A DNA stretch of 64,000 nt from positions 2,666,001 through 2,730,000 of the forward strand of contig NEEC01000002.1 of the NCBI GenBank assembly GCA_002189035.1. The letters are read 5' to 3'. Below are positions 38,231-51,039 of this stretch, one piece after another; position 1 is the first letter of the stretch; each line of letters opens with the position of its first letter. Position numbers and translations under genes: made by a program. The DNA comes from Utricularia gibba. Taxonomy: Eukaryota > Plantae > Magnoliophyta. The notes under the pieces were generated by a model. It was not told where the DNA came from and did no database searches. It saw nothing but the letters and a program-made list of their open reading frames with translations.

Positions 38231-39207
38231 CCCCGATCGCTTTTCTCCGATGTGATTGTTTTGCGTCCCGTGGCTTCTACTAAATACCCGGAAGCAGATA
38301 ATAAAAATCCGATATTTTGGATCAGTATACGGATACATATACGAGGAATAATCTTTCCAAATATTTCATTAATCCCTGAATATATCTTAAAAAGATTAAG
38401 ATAAGATCAAATATATATCGAAAAACAATTTAACTATCTCTTTAACAATTGGTAAATTGGATGCATTGGAAAATTATATATAATATATATTATTTAATTT
38501 TGTAACTCTTTTATTTTTTAAAAACAATTATATCTTGAAAATCACTAATAAGAAAAAAAAATTCAAAAAAAAAATTGTTACCAGGATTTAGGGCCCCAAT
38601 TCACCAAGTTTCAAGGCAGGATGTACAAATAAAATCAAATATAATTCTGTAAATGTGAAAGCCAAGAGGTCTCGTATATATAAAATGACATTATTAAAAA
38701 ACCATATAAACCATAAGAAATTATAATTAAAATAACTTAGATTACTATTATTATTAATTATGATATTTTAAATAAATATTAATTATGATATTTTATGCGT
38801 GCATGTGCACGGAAATGAGAAAATTGTCATTTACATTTGGATTACGCATCGTTTGACTTGAACGAGTTCAAAGATATGCCAGCTTTAAAGACTTTATTTT
38901 TTTTGTAATTATATTTTATAATAATATTTGTCATTTTTAAATTTTGAATATTTTGAAAATCACCCCTGCCATACATACATACATACATTCCAGGGGTGTA
39001 GACAAAATTGACTTCTCCCTTGGAGCAGGAGACTGCCACTAGAGCTGTGGGTGAATGTTGGACATGGCAAACTGCTGGGATCACAGTTCACATACACCCG
39101 CAAAAACAGAAAGGCCAAAATGGGAGGGATCCAGCAGATGAGATGAGGCCAGTCACAGGTCAAAAGATGCAAAGCGCAGCAGTCACTGGCTCTGATTTGC
39201 CCACCTC

Positions 39208-42200
39208 TCACCGCTTGTGGTGGAATCTCACCTTCAGCAAGAACTGCATCTTCACCTGCAGAAATCAAAAGCAAACTCCTGTTAAAAATAGTTGGACTGC
39301 ATAGAGTTTGGAGTGCTGAAATGCTGCTTACTTGAGCTGTATCATAGACGATGTACTCATTGTACTTCAGCTCGGACGTCTTTACTGTTGAGGCCACTGG
39401 TTTTCCACATGGTACCACAACTCCATCTCTCCATTTTACAAATTCGGATTCTCGAGGGACGTTCTTGCCGAGTCCTTTCGTTGAATGCTTGCCTTTTGGA
39501 GGTTTCTCCATGTACTGTATAAAAGTTGAAAAGAAGATGAGCTTGATTGATGAAGCAACACTATGAATGTGGCAAATCAAAGCAATGGTTTCACCTGTGA
39601 CTTTGTTAGCTCATAAACCTCTCCTAAGGCGACTTCACTGAGAAGCATCAATCCTACTGGGTTCTTATGGTCTGTAAAGCAGTATTGAGCGCTTTTACTC
39701 ACTAAGTCAGCGAAGTAGACTCCCTTGCCGAACTGCAAAGTAATTTTTTCCCTGGTAAGTTTGCAGATTATATCCAGGAACCTTGACATTTCAGAGGGAG
39801 AAAAGAAACCATGTAGCCTGTTGCTGGAGCTTCTGGAGGAGCAATTCTTAGTCCTTGACTGAGGATACCCACAAAGTTTGTTAATCGAGATCCTGTTTGA
39901 AGGAGAGTATTTATTACTCACGTTTAGATTGAGGATTGGCACATGATATCATACTTCCAAGCAACTAACCATGCCAAAGAAGCATCCTGTTGCCAATCTT
40001 TTTTCTTGAAGCGGTGAACTTGTCCAATTCTCCTTCCCTTTCAAGAGAAAAAACTTCTTCCAATTCCAGAGCCCATTGCTGCAAACCCCGAATATCAAGT
40101 GAAAATCAAAACGAATAGAAAGAATCTGCACATGGGGCAAATAAACTCACAGTATGGGTAGGGGCATGGGTCTTATCCAGATACTTCTTGATAAGCTGGA
40201 AGTCTTCACTACTGGGAGACAGAGGAGTGATATGGCATCCCAACTTTTTGTACTTCTCGTCAACAGCTTCATCATTATCAGCATCAAAACCAACTAGTCT
40301 AGATGCAATTTCAATATCCTGGAGTGCTTCTAGTATTTTCACCTAGAGAAGAGAATAAGAGAAATGTGCAGCAGAAAATTTAGTTCTCCAACGTCACTGT
40401 CAGGCATCAAATGAACAGGAAAACTGATCAGGATTTAATGTACCTTCAAGTTAAATTCATACATATCCCTGATGACATGTGGCTTAATAGAAGGAATAAT
40501 GGTGAAGAAGCGATTGCTAGCATCAACCAAAAGACTTTCCTTGACACTGGGGTCATAGGTGGTTGCATCATTTAACAAATTTTGAATCTGGGTGAGAGCC
40601 TCGAAACCTGAAAAATACAGCATAAAATAGCAAAAGTATCGATCACCAGGTAACTAAAAGCACACCAGTTTCCAACACCATACACATTGGTACATAAACA
40701 TCAGCATCCAAGCATGAAAAGGAGAGACAGATACACCTTTTTGGATATTAGTTTTGCTGAGTTTCCCCAGTGGCATTTCTGACAAATTAATCTCGAATTC
40801 CATCATGGCAGCCCTGCATTGCATGACCTCTCAGATGGACTAGAGTTGGCAGAGTAAAAATACAAGTTATGTAAGCATCTATAACCGATATGCTTCAACA
40901 TTGAAAAGCATCCTCATCAATTCCACGAGCTGAGGTGCCAGCTGGCTACGAGAAAAATCAAGCTGCCTGTTTCTGGGCAAATCCTTGACACCATAATCCT
41001 AAGGCAATTGGCAATCAAGCTGATGTCATCCAGTGAATTTTTTTCTATAGTTATTTCTTTATAATTCAAGGTGGAAAAAATTCGAAAGAAACAACATACA
41101 ATGTCCAGTGGATAAAATCTTCCAGGTCGCTTCTGAAAATTATTCTCTTGCACATAGGACTCCCATGAGTTCCCTGTCTTGTCCAAAAACAGGCGTCTGA
41201 ATTCTCCTATTGCAATGGATTTAGGCGACTCTTCCAACTTTGTCCCTCCAATTTTTTCATTCCCAATACGACCCCATTTGCGGAAAACATAACATCTGGG
41301 CCTTTGTCCTCTTGAATGATTTGCATGATATAGTAACTTCACAAAAAAAAAGTGAAGAAATTTATTTCCAGCCAGAATATAAAAATGGGCTAAGGAATGA
41401 AATAAGCATTGCATCTGAGCTACTTCGGTAGTACACATATGAATACTGATACCTTGGAGAGTGCATGAAAAGAGGAAGAGAACGCAGTATACAGAAGAAC
41501 ATTTAACAAAGTTGAATACAAGACAAAGAAAGTACCTGTTCACACCAGTAGACAAGTCAGACATATTTAACGTTGTGTTATAAATAAAATTCCCGTCCTC
41601 AAGAATGTGTCCGGAATCTTGTAAGCCAGAAGATTCATGTACAGAACTCCGTCCTTTCACCTTCACAGTGGCCACGTCATGCTTGCTGTCGGCCATTTCT
41701 ACTCGGTATATGTCAAATGGGAGCTTTTTCTGTCTTTTAATGCACTCCTCCAAATAGTCTTCCCTTACCATTGGTAACTTGATCCTCCTACTCAGATATT
41801 TGAGTAAAACAAGATCAAAGACGCCCATTTTAAAAAATATTCCAAACTTAGGTATTTGACCATCATTACCTTGCTTTTTTCACCTCAGCAGAATTGTTTT
41901 TCAAGTCACCACACACAACTACGCAATTGGTTTCTGTTACCCAAGAAACAGCAACGAGAGTTTTCGAGACATCAGACACAAGAACACATAGTCCAAATTG
42001 AAGCACAAAGATTTTGAACCTTTTTTTATTTTCATATGAACCTGCCCTCCCGCCCCCTCGATTTCATTCTTCCACTCTTCCTGAAACACAAGATAAGTAT
42101 CAAGATAAACACTTCATAGAGATGATGAAAACCTCTTCAATTATAATGGGTATACACAGTTGAAAAGAAACCAGAGAGGAACTCACCAATGATTTACTAG

Positions 42201-44080
42201 GTATTCCCACAATGGAGACTTTAAGATCTACAATATTTTCAGACATGGAGGATTTTTGCAATGCATTACTACCTTGACTGCCTGATGGCTCAGAGGGTGA
42301 CTTTGGAAGCAGCAGTCTTTCAGGTCGTGCCAATTTTTGGGCCTTAAACCACTAGAAATTGCAAATGAAATACAGAAACACTGTAAGAAGCAACTACATC
42401 AACACAACCCAAGTATGGGTATACAATGCATTTTAATAACTACATTGAGCAGATACTGATTGCTTGTTCCTTCTGGGATTTTCCACTTTCCCTTCATACG
42501 CTCAGGTTTCAAAGTAGAATACAAACACTTCGTCCACTCTGACAAAAAACCGCCGCATCTGTACATGCCAGAGGCATAATGAACTGGTCCGGAGCACATG
42601 GGGCATTTTGCAAGTGCTCCAAACATCATTCCATCAGCACTGTGTACAATATGGGCAGGATGAGAACATGTCTACCAAATTAAAAGCATCTATTTAGATA
42701 TCTCAGGGAAATTGATGCTATATATTGAAACAAGTCACCTAAAAGGCAAGGAATCAGAACATGGTCACCAAGATGAAACTGAAATGTTACCAGCGGTCTT
42801 GTAAATCAATCTCAGAACCCTTTGAATCTTGCTCATTAGCTTCAAGCATCTCTCTTAACTCATATGCAGTGACATTTATTTTGAGATCATCCTTAAGGTC
42901 CCATATAGCCTTAGTTTGCTTCTCAAGTTGACCCACTAAGGAACCACTAGGATCATCAGAATCATCTTCTGCCTTGGAAAACTTTGATTTTGATTCATTT
43001 TCCTCAAGAGCTCTTTTTCTTTTAGGACCACTCTTAGATGTTGATTCTGGCAAGAAATTCGCATGTTTTGTTTGTAACCCCGACACAAATGGCAGGTTAC
43101 ATACTTGGAGATTATGTTCAAAACAAACTTATGTCGATTGTTACCTTTTGTTGTAGAAGGGCTCTTCTGAGAGAACGAGATTAGTGTAGTTTGTTCAGAA
43201 GGTGGAAGACTCTCCCACCCGGAAAGTTTCTCCACCTGAAAAGTAGGTGCTGTCTTAAGGTAACAATTTGCATGTCTCCAGGACAGGCCCCTGGATCCCT
43301 GACCCTCAGGCTTTGATGAGATACGCACCTAAAAAAAGGAAAATAGAGGAATCAGCAGTCCAGGTAGATTGGACGTATACTAAAAACTCGGAAGAGGACA
43401 GCACAACAAAAGTGGCTTTAGAAAACAATGAAACTGTAGGTTATCAAGTCAAAATGTATGCCACCTCCCCCTTTAAAATCTTTTGGTCGCAGCTGCGGCA
43501 AGTAGCACGAGATGTTTGAGAAATCTCAATGCCGCATTCTACACTAGACGTAGAAGTAGAAGAGGGAACGGAAGTCAGGGAATCATCGACATATTTCCTG
43601 ATATTTTGTTGATCATCCCAACGAAGCAATTCCAAACCTTCAACGTCATCAATCCTGAATGATCAGGTTGCCGCGAATTACTTCATCAATATTACACTGC
43701 TGTTAAACTTAACGAAACAAGGAGCGTTCAAAAACACCCACAATTTTATCTGTTTAGGTTTCCTCAAGATGCAAGCAGCATGGTTCCACATCTGTCGCCA
43801 GAAAAAAAAAAAAAAACAGTTTTTTTCAGAGCAAAAAATAACCTCCATCTCGGAGTACAAAAAATGGGCCTTGACATTTTTCATACAGTGTCAAGACACT
43901 GCATTTCACTGGTAAAGAAATGGATTGGGAAATTACAGGCATGAAACCGTCAAAATGCGTAGATTGAACCATCTTTCCAAGCCTAAGGCTTTCCTTCTCA
44001 ATTTTAGTCTTGCACGATTTACACGAAGACCTGGATGACTTTGCATACTCCACTTTCCATGGTTTCTGCGGAGTCGCCAT
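39208..44080 (-). CDS. PARP1: Poly(ADP-ribose) polymerase 1 (two Zn fingers, PADR1, BRCT, WGR, regulatory and catalytic domains); apparent 1-nt frameshift near 41293
   Basis: Exon chain traced: [24 protein letters not shown]; SRATCRSC; [16 protein letters not shown]; KWGRIGNEK; MPLGKLSK; [45 protein letters not shown]; YNEYIVY; ends VRFHHKR* (TGA 39210-39208). The H-Y-E triad is intact. Confidence 0.95.
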
Positions 44081-44175
44081 TTTCGGAAGAACGAAGAACT
44101 GAAGTGCATAAGTCGAACGCACCTACTTCATATTTCTCTTTTTTTTCTTCTTAGAACAGAAAAACGAACAACGCC

Positions 44176-44253
44176 TGGGCTACCTCCTTTGCCATATTAC
44201 ATAGAAGCCCAAATAATTTGGGCCAGTCTGTCCGGCTCAGTCCATGATGGGCT
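44176..44253. promoter_or_regulatory. Cluster of four site II motifs (TGGGCY) in the PARP1 proximal promoter
   Basis: TGGGCT 44176, AGCCCA 44206, TGGGCC 44219, TGGGCT 44248, all within 180 bp of the ATG. Confidence 0.55.
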
Positions 44254-44343
44254 GTTATAAACCCATTATAAAAATAAAAATAATAATTTAAATTTTATTT
44301 GTTAATTTCTTATTACATTCAAAACTCACGAATTTGAGTTAAA

Positions 44344-44743
44344 TGGAGGATGAAAACGTGGATGGGCTCGGCCCTAGAAAATATTAAGTTTAAGTTTATA
44401 TGTTAATGATCCAAAATTTTATCAGGCTTTTTGACCTCAAGACTGACTTAGGGTTGATTGGGTTTAAGATCCCAAAAAACCTAATGGTCAAATTCGAGAA
44501 TAAAGTTTTATGTATTATAATTATAATTGTTTTTAGTTTTAAATAATTTTGAATTATTTTATATAAATCATTTAAATCATATTAATATGTATATTAATAT
44601 TTAATAATCTTATAAAATATTTAAACCGGGTAGAACCAATCCATCCCAATAAATAATTAGGATCGAATCATATTAACTTTTGAAACTTAAGGAAAACCTT
44701 TTGAATTAGGGCCGGGCCAGCCCCGGCCCAACTTTCACCCCTA
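44344..44743. mobile_element. Possible hAT-derived MITE remnant between DOHH and PARP1
   Basis: Right end TTTCACCCCTA (reverse complement TAGGGGTGAAA, hAT-type terminus) with GGCCCGGCCC subterminal motifs; the left end TGGAGGATGAAAAC..GGGCTCGGCCCT is only a degenerate match. Confidence 0.3.
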
Positions 44744-44903
44744 ATGACGAATTACTGAATTTGAAAAGAACCAAAGGTGTGAGGTTTCTTCTAACAAAAA
44801 CGGGTTGGCAAAACCAGTTCAAAGAAATACAAAACCAATGGTTTAAAGTGCAAAGTTGCCTTGCCATGAAGGTGAGGATCATGTGGCGAAGTGAAGAGTC
44901 TCG

Positions 44904-46445
44904 CTATGCCAGTTGAGAGTTAGGGGCCTGGGTGAAAAGGAACTTCACAGGAAAAAGCAGCAGAAGTTATTCAATTATCGATCAGTTGCTTCAGAATACA
45001 AATTTTGTTCGAAGAGGTACCTCAAATGATCTCCCAGATACTTCGAACTCGAGCATGGCCAGAGCAACCTCGCAGCTTTGTGAGACGATAGGCTCTGGGT
45101 CTTTTGTGAATTCCTTGAGCATGCTGACGCAGTTATCATCTAGAGGATGAGACAACCAAATTGTCAGAAAACATGATGCCGTCATAGGAGTTTCCAAGGT
45201 CGGTAGGTGAACCTGCAATGGATCCCAGAGCCTCTGCTGCTTCATGCCTGACCATGGGATGCTCTCTTGGATCCTGAAGAACCCGGGAAAGTGCATCTGT
45301 GGCTTTCTTGTTCTGCAGCTGGCCCAAGACATATGCGACCTACACAAATAATAGAGAAGACAGTGAGAAGTTTTACCAAAACGACCAAAAGCAAAAAACT
45401 GCATAAACACCAGATAAGTTGCTGCAAATGTACGAAGCAGGAAGATAAACCTCATGTCGTAGTAGGGCACTATTTGCACTGAGGGAATCAACAATAGCAG
45501 ATATGGCTTCCTCCACCCCAAGGTTTCTAAGGGCAAAAAGGGCAGAATAACGTTCATACATGCCCCTCTGTTCATCTAGTAAAACTTCCCTAAGAGGAGA
45601 ACAAAACGGATTAATAGACTATTCAACTCAATGAGCAGCCAGGTAGACCTTTAATGATAGAACTACGTAAATGTGGCAACCTGAGATCTTGCACTGAAGC
45701 TGAAGCTGCCGCAGGAGCAGCAGGATCAACAGACAAGAAAGGAGATGATTCCAAAATTGATCTACTTTTCAGGTCTGCAATTCGACTAAGAGCGAGCTCA
45801 CATGTCTCTCGAACCTCCTGAGCTGGATCTGAAGCCAAACTCTTCTCAAGAACTGGGACATTACATTCTAAGCCAATCGCACCAAGGGCTTCAGCTGCCT
45901 ACTTAATGCATTGCCCACTCAATTATATTTAACATCCACTGAGTATCCCGGAACAAAGAAAAGCAAAAAACTCATGAGAATAGTCACCTCATGGCGAACA
46001 ATTGGGTGCAAAGAAAAGTCATTTAAAACAGCTTCCAAAGCAGGGATTGCCTCTGCATCCTGCATCTGCCCCAAAGCGAATGCTGCCTCATGCGCTAACA
46101 GGTTTGAGACATCTCTTGTTGCTGAGGAAGGCAAAGGTCGGAGACATGTTACAACAAGGCTACGTAAAACTGAAAAGTCCTGATTCATGTAACGTTGAAT
46201 CAAGCATACGGTACATCAATGACGGCTTGGAAAAGAAAAACAAATCTTTTCAACCAATCATCCATCACATAACGCTTACCTTGGATCAGGGCGTTGCGTG
46301 GAGCTGCGCCATGGAGGTTTCGAAGAGAAAAGAGAGCCCTGAACCGCTCCGAAATAGGCTTATTTTGATCCAACAGAATTCCGCAGAGAAATTTCTCATC
46401 TTCAGCAGAAACTTCCGACGAGCTTCTGGCGTCGGAAGAGTCCAT
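44904..46445 (-). CDS. DOHH: Deoxyhypusine hydroxylase (HEAT-repeat, di-iron)
   Basis: Seven in-frame exons from ATG 46445: [13 protein letters not shown], four His-Glu motifs (LAHEAAF, VRHEAAE, LRHEVAY, VRHEAAE), VSQSCEVAL, last exon [12 protein letters not shown]. Confidence 0.94.
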
Positions 46446-49400
46446 AGATATCGCAATCCGTTCACCGCCGGCGCCCAATTTTCAGACGAGGGTTCATCGC
46501 GTGATTTTGCCGCAGAACAATGACGCTCCTACCAAATGACGCGATTACCCTCCATTCTGTCGAAATGGCAAAATTACCCTCCATTAGAAATGACGCAACG
46601 GGTCTCCAGGATTTGGGTCATTTGGGGTATTTCACCTCTATACATGATGGTGAAGAAATGATGACCTTTTTGCCCTTTACCCATAGACTTCGCGTTGAAA
46701 TGGATCAAGGGGGAGGGAGTAAATTCAAGTGTTGCGACTAATTCTAACAACCACTAAAGTAAATAATACCAAATTCATTTGTTCTACTATGTATTCATTA
46801 TATTCACATTTACTCCAATAAAAGAACGACTATTTTTTAATCTTTTTTTTAATTATTGTCTTTTGATATTAGAGAAGCTCGTGAATCTAAGTTGATCCTC
46901 ATGATCAACCAACTGTCTCTCACTTTGAGCTGTTTTGTTACTCTTTGATTCATCCATGAGAAATATCCACTTTGATGGGAAGAAACAAGGAAATTCTTTA
47001 TCACACCAACACTTGGAAAGAGAATTTCATATACTAGCCAACTTTGTCTTCTAATATAGCATTTCATTTACACATTATCATTTCTTATTTTTTTGGTACG
47101 AAAATTCATATAAATACATACTTTTCTAAAAAAAAAAATATTTTATCATATTTTATATTGAAAAATTTAAATATAATAGATTACAATATAATTAAATTAC
47201 AATATTTATATCAATCAATAAATTAAAACATAACAATTAAATATATGCAAAAATTATGCAATAAAATATTTAATAAATGCATAAGCAATATTATTCGAAT
47301 TAAAATCCCAAAGTCTCGAAAACACATTCTTAAAAATATCTAAAATTGAAATTAATTAACTCTTTATCTTCTCTTCGAATGTATATGAGTTAAGCTGCTT
47401 GAAAATGGTGTTGATCTAGCACGACCTCTGGTATTTACTCTTCTTGCTGGATTGTGAATAAGATCAAATGGAGATGCACCCCATCCACTCTTAGGTATTG
47501 GTGGATTAAATTGCCTTTTGTATATTTTCACAAGAGTCTTCACTTGATAATATTTTGAAATATAAGAACTTGCATCTTCATTGAATTCATTGTATACCTA
47601 AGAGAGGAATAAAGGTAACAACCATTATGATATTACAAATAACACGATACATCAAAAGATAATTTTTACCTAAATAACATATGAACATGGAATAGCTTTT
47701 TGCTGCTACTTTCCACAATTACATGTCAAATCTGTCAAATAAACAATAGAGTAACGTTTGTTTTTTCTAGAATTTTTGCTCCAAGACATCACAGTAGCAC
47801 TCATTTTCTCTGCATTGTATTTCTTATCTTGTAGTTGGTTGATTTGTCATCACATTTACTCTAAATAGATAGTGAATATGAAGTAAACAATTGACCCATT
47901 TCCATGAGTAAATCCATCTTCGCTTTACTATTTGTGAAAATCTTAACACGTCTCTCGAAAGTGGCTTCAACAAGAGCTTTTGGAGGTAATCTTCGTGTCC
48001 CACGTAAAACACTGTTTAATGATTTAGAGATACTTTTGGTATGCACACCACATCTGCAAAAATAAGAAATATAAGGATAACATAGTAATAATATGAATAA
48101 AATTATTCCATTTTAAGTTACTTAATGCTATCATCATATGATAATGTCCATCGCTTTGAATCGATTTCATGGAGATACTCAAATGCTGCTTCATTCTTAT
48201 TTCTGATTTTCTGCATAGCTATCTGAAACTTTTCTTTTTTTGAACTCAAGGCAGCTTCCCAAAATAAATTAACCAAATGTTTCGACCTAGAATGGGATAT
48301 GAAATTTATAAGTAGATGTTGCATACAAAATCTGTAATCTCTCATAGGCTCATTGAAAGCAGGTATATCCTTAATCGCAGATAATAATCCTGCACCACGA
48401 TTAGTTACTAGACAAATACGACGTCCTTTCACGATATGTTTAACTAAAAGTTTAAAAAACCAATAGCATGATTCATAAGATTCTTCTTCAATAATAGCAA
48501 ATGCAAGTCAAATTATAGTGCAGTCACCATGAAGTGTGCATGCTATTAAAAGGTGATATCTATATCCTATATATAGATGTGTTTTATCAAAAGTAATAAC
48601 TGGATGACAATACCTAAAAGTATGGATGCATGGTCCAAAAGCCCAAAATATATGGTGTAGCATTTGCTTGCTATCAGGAGAACGAAGATTCTCATATTCA
48701 AATATAGTATCTGTGATAAAACAAATATGTTAGTAAACAAACATCAATATTTCTAAAATAATAAAAATGAATTACCTAGATTGGATTCCTTAATAGATAA
48801 CAAATAAGAAGGGAGTTTTGTCACCGATTCCTCCCAAGTACCATACATATGCATTATAGCACGCCTAATAGCAGTCCATCCAAGCTTATATGATATCTTG
48901 AAATGATAAACTTCATCAATATCATCAATGACATCAGAAACACGTACCTGGATTCGCTTTTAACCTTGTTCATGATATGAAAAGACACAAATTTGATAGT
49001 AATGCTATCATTTCTAGCAGTTCTGTAACTGCTAGAAAAGCAACTATGAGGCCCCTCGTATTGTGTCACAGTCCAAAACTGAGTGACACTACTATTCCAT
49101 ACCTTAACACGCCATTCACATGGAAGTGTTGCATTACGGTTGATACAGTTTTTTTCATACTACTTGTTGTTACTCTTCTCAACATGAAAAGTCCTTTTCA
49201 GCTTCGTGATACAATAATAATTCAATGTTTCCTTCATTGAAGTTTTATCTTTGAAGAAAACCCTATTGCATAGATCACTGCTTGTCCCATCAAAGAAGTT
49301 TAAAGTCTTCTCAAACTTAACTGCTATTGGAATTTCCAATGCCACATCTCTTTCATAAAACTTGCCTTCTGTTTGTTCATCATCATCATCATCACTTGAA

Positions 49401-49904
49401 GAAAGTGAAGATGGAATAATGTCTTGCATCATTTCATTTCAGCTTGTTCAGTAGCATCTTCCTCACATAAATGATCCGAATCTCATAATATGTCTTTATC
49501 ACAAGGTGATTCTGGTGGTGAAGAATTGTGATATGTTGGTGAAGTGCATAGATTATTATGATTGGTTGATACTTCTCCAACATTAACTAGAAATAAAACA
49601 TAAAATATATCATTACCACAATTTAATCATATGAATTCAAAAAAATATCCTAAATGTAATTTAAAACTAATAATAATAAATATTATTTGGAAAAAAAATT
49701 GCATATTAGTGTGTTGTTGAATGATCAAATTCATGAACCTTGGATTTGCACTAATATACATATCGACACCTGAAACCATACGACTTTGATTAAAAATCAA
49801 AGACAAACTATCATCCGTTTGATCAAGATTATGTCAGTACTTCTAAAAACCCATTTGTTAAGTATCGTTTTCTTACTATTTCTTAGGTTGTTTTTATGTT
49901 TGAT

Positions 49905-50545
49905 TGTAATTAGAAATGTCCAATTAGGAGTCTATAATATGAGATTTAGGTTTTTATCTAGTTCACGGTAGTTATCCTAAATCTTGTGGTTTATCTATTA
50001 ATTTTTACTAGTTTTAATTGAGTTTTTCTAGAGGCACACACGTGGCAGGAATTGAAAGAAAGAGAGCATCATATGGCGACAAATTGGATCTTCCCGAGCT
50101 AATATTCCCTTGATTTCTGGAAGACTGCAGATGCCTAATCATGAGCCTTGATGCGCGGAACATGTGAGTCTATGACAAGCGACATCATTAGCGTACCAGT
50201 GTCAGACGTTGCTTGCAAGTCATCCCAAGTTCAGCAGAACCATGGGGACACGAAATCTTAGACTCTCATTGAACTTCGGTTCTGTTGAGACAAGCAGTAG
50301 TTAGTTTAGTTTTCTCTTTTGTTTCTCTCTCTAGAGGAATTTTCCTTTAGCTTCTTTCTAAAACTTTGTTTTACTTTCCTTTAGTTAGTATGGCTGTTCG
50401 CAACTAGAAACTTCCGTTTCTAGGTTGGAACACCCCCAATTCTATATTTCGTTAGTTTATCTTCATCTCTTCTTTGAATCCGAACGGGTTTCATATGTCT
50501 TCACGCAACTTCGTTGCAGTCTTTCTGTAACAATCCCCTTATTCA
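49905..50545 (-). mobile_element. Probable 3' LTR (about 630 bp) with adjacent polypurine tract
   Basis: Minus strand: GAATAAGGGGAT (50544-50533) directly followed by TGTTACAG; putative end ATTACA at 49905, where MULE coding sequence resumes. No TSD found. Confidence 0.5.
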
Positions 50546-51039
50546 AGATTCATGGTTAGCTGAACACTACCCGTGGGTTTTGGAGAGGAGCAAGGTGGAA
50601 AGCACCAACTCATTGGGTCATTGGCAACACTCGAGCACACGCGTGCAATTCGGCCGTGAGAGTACGCTGGCAGGACCTCTTATTCTCACGTTCGTCCAAG
50701 GAGGATCAACATCGGGCTATTCCCGTGCCTTCTTGCAAGAGAGTGTAAAGGAAGGTAGACAATTCCTTACTCCTATAACCGAGTACTCGAGAAGACCAGA
50801 GAAGAATGAAGACACAATGAACATAGCTGGACAGGATTCCAATCCCTGGAACATTTACTTTATTTAAGGTTCATCGCTTACGTTTATTTCAATTGTCTAT
50901 TCAAAACCCTTCTTATTCCCTTACTCAAACTTCATCATCAATGTTTCTCACAGGATTTCACGATCCCCCAGGATTTCAAGAGGCTCTTCGAGAAATCAGT
51001 CGAATATATACGTTAATCCTAATGGGCTTGAGACAAAAA

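Noticed and set aside
37625-38404. 259-aa plus-strand ORF, and the 36-aa N-terminal extension of PHT1 to 38338
   Set aside because: The ORF is antisense to GC-rich PHT1 codons; PHT1 homology starts at ATG 38230 and the extension has no family similarity.
43040-43095. Mutated splice acceptor (TCGG) before PARP1 exon 5
   Set aside because: A good in-phase acceptor (TTTCTTGCCAG|AA) lies a little further in and restores the frame.
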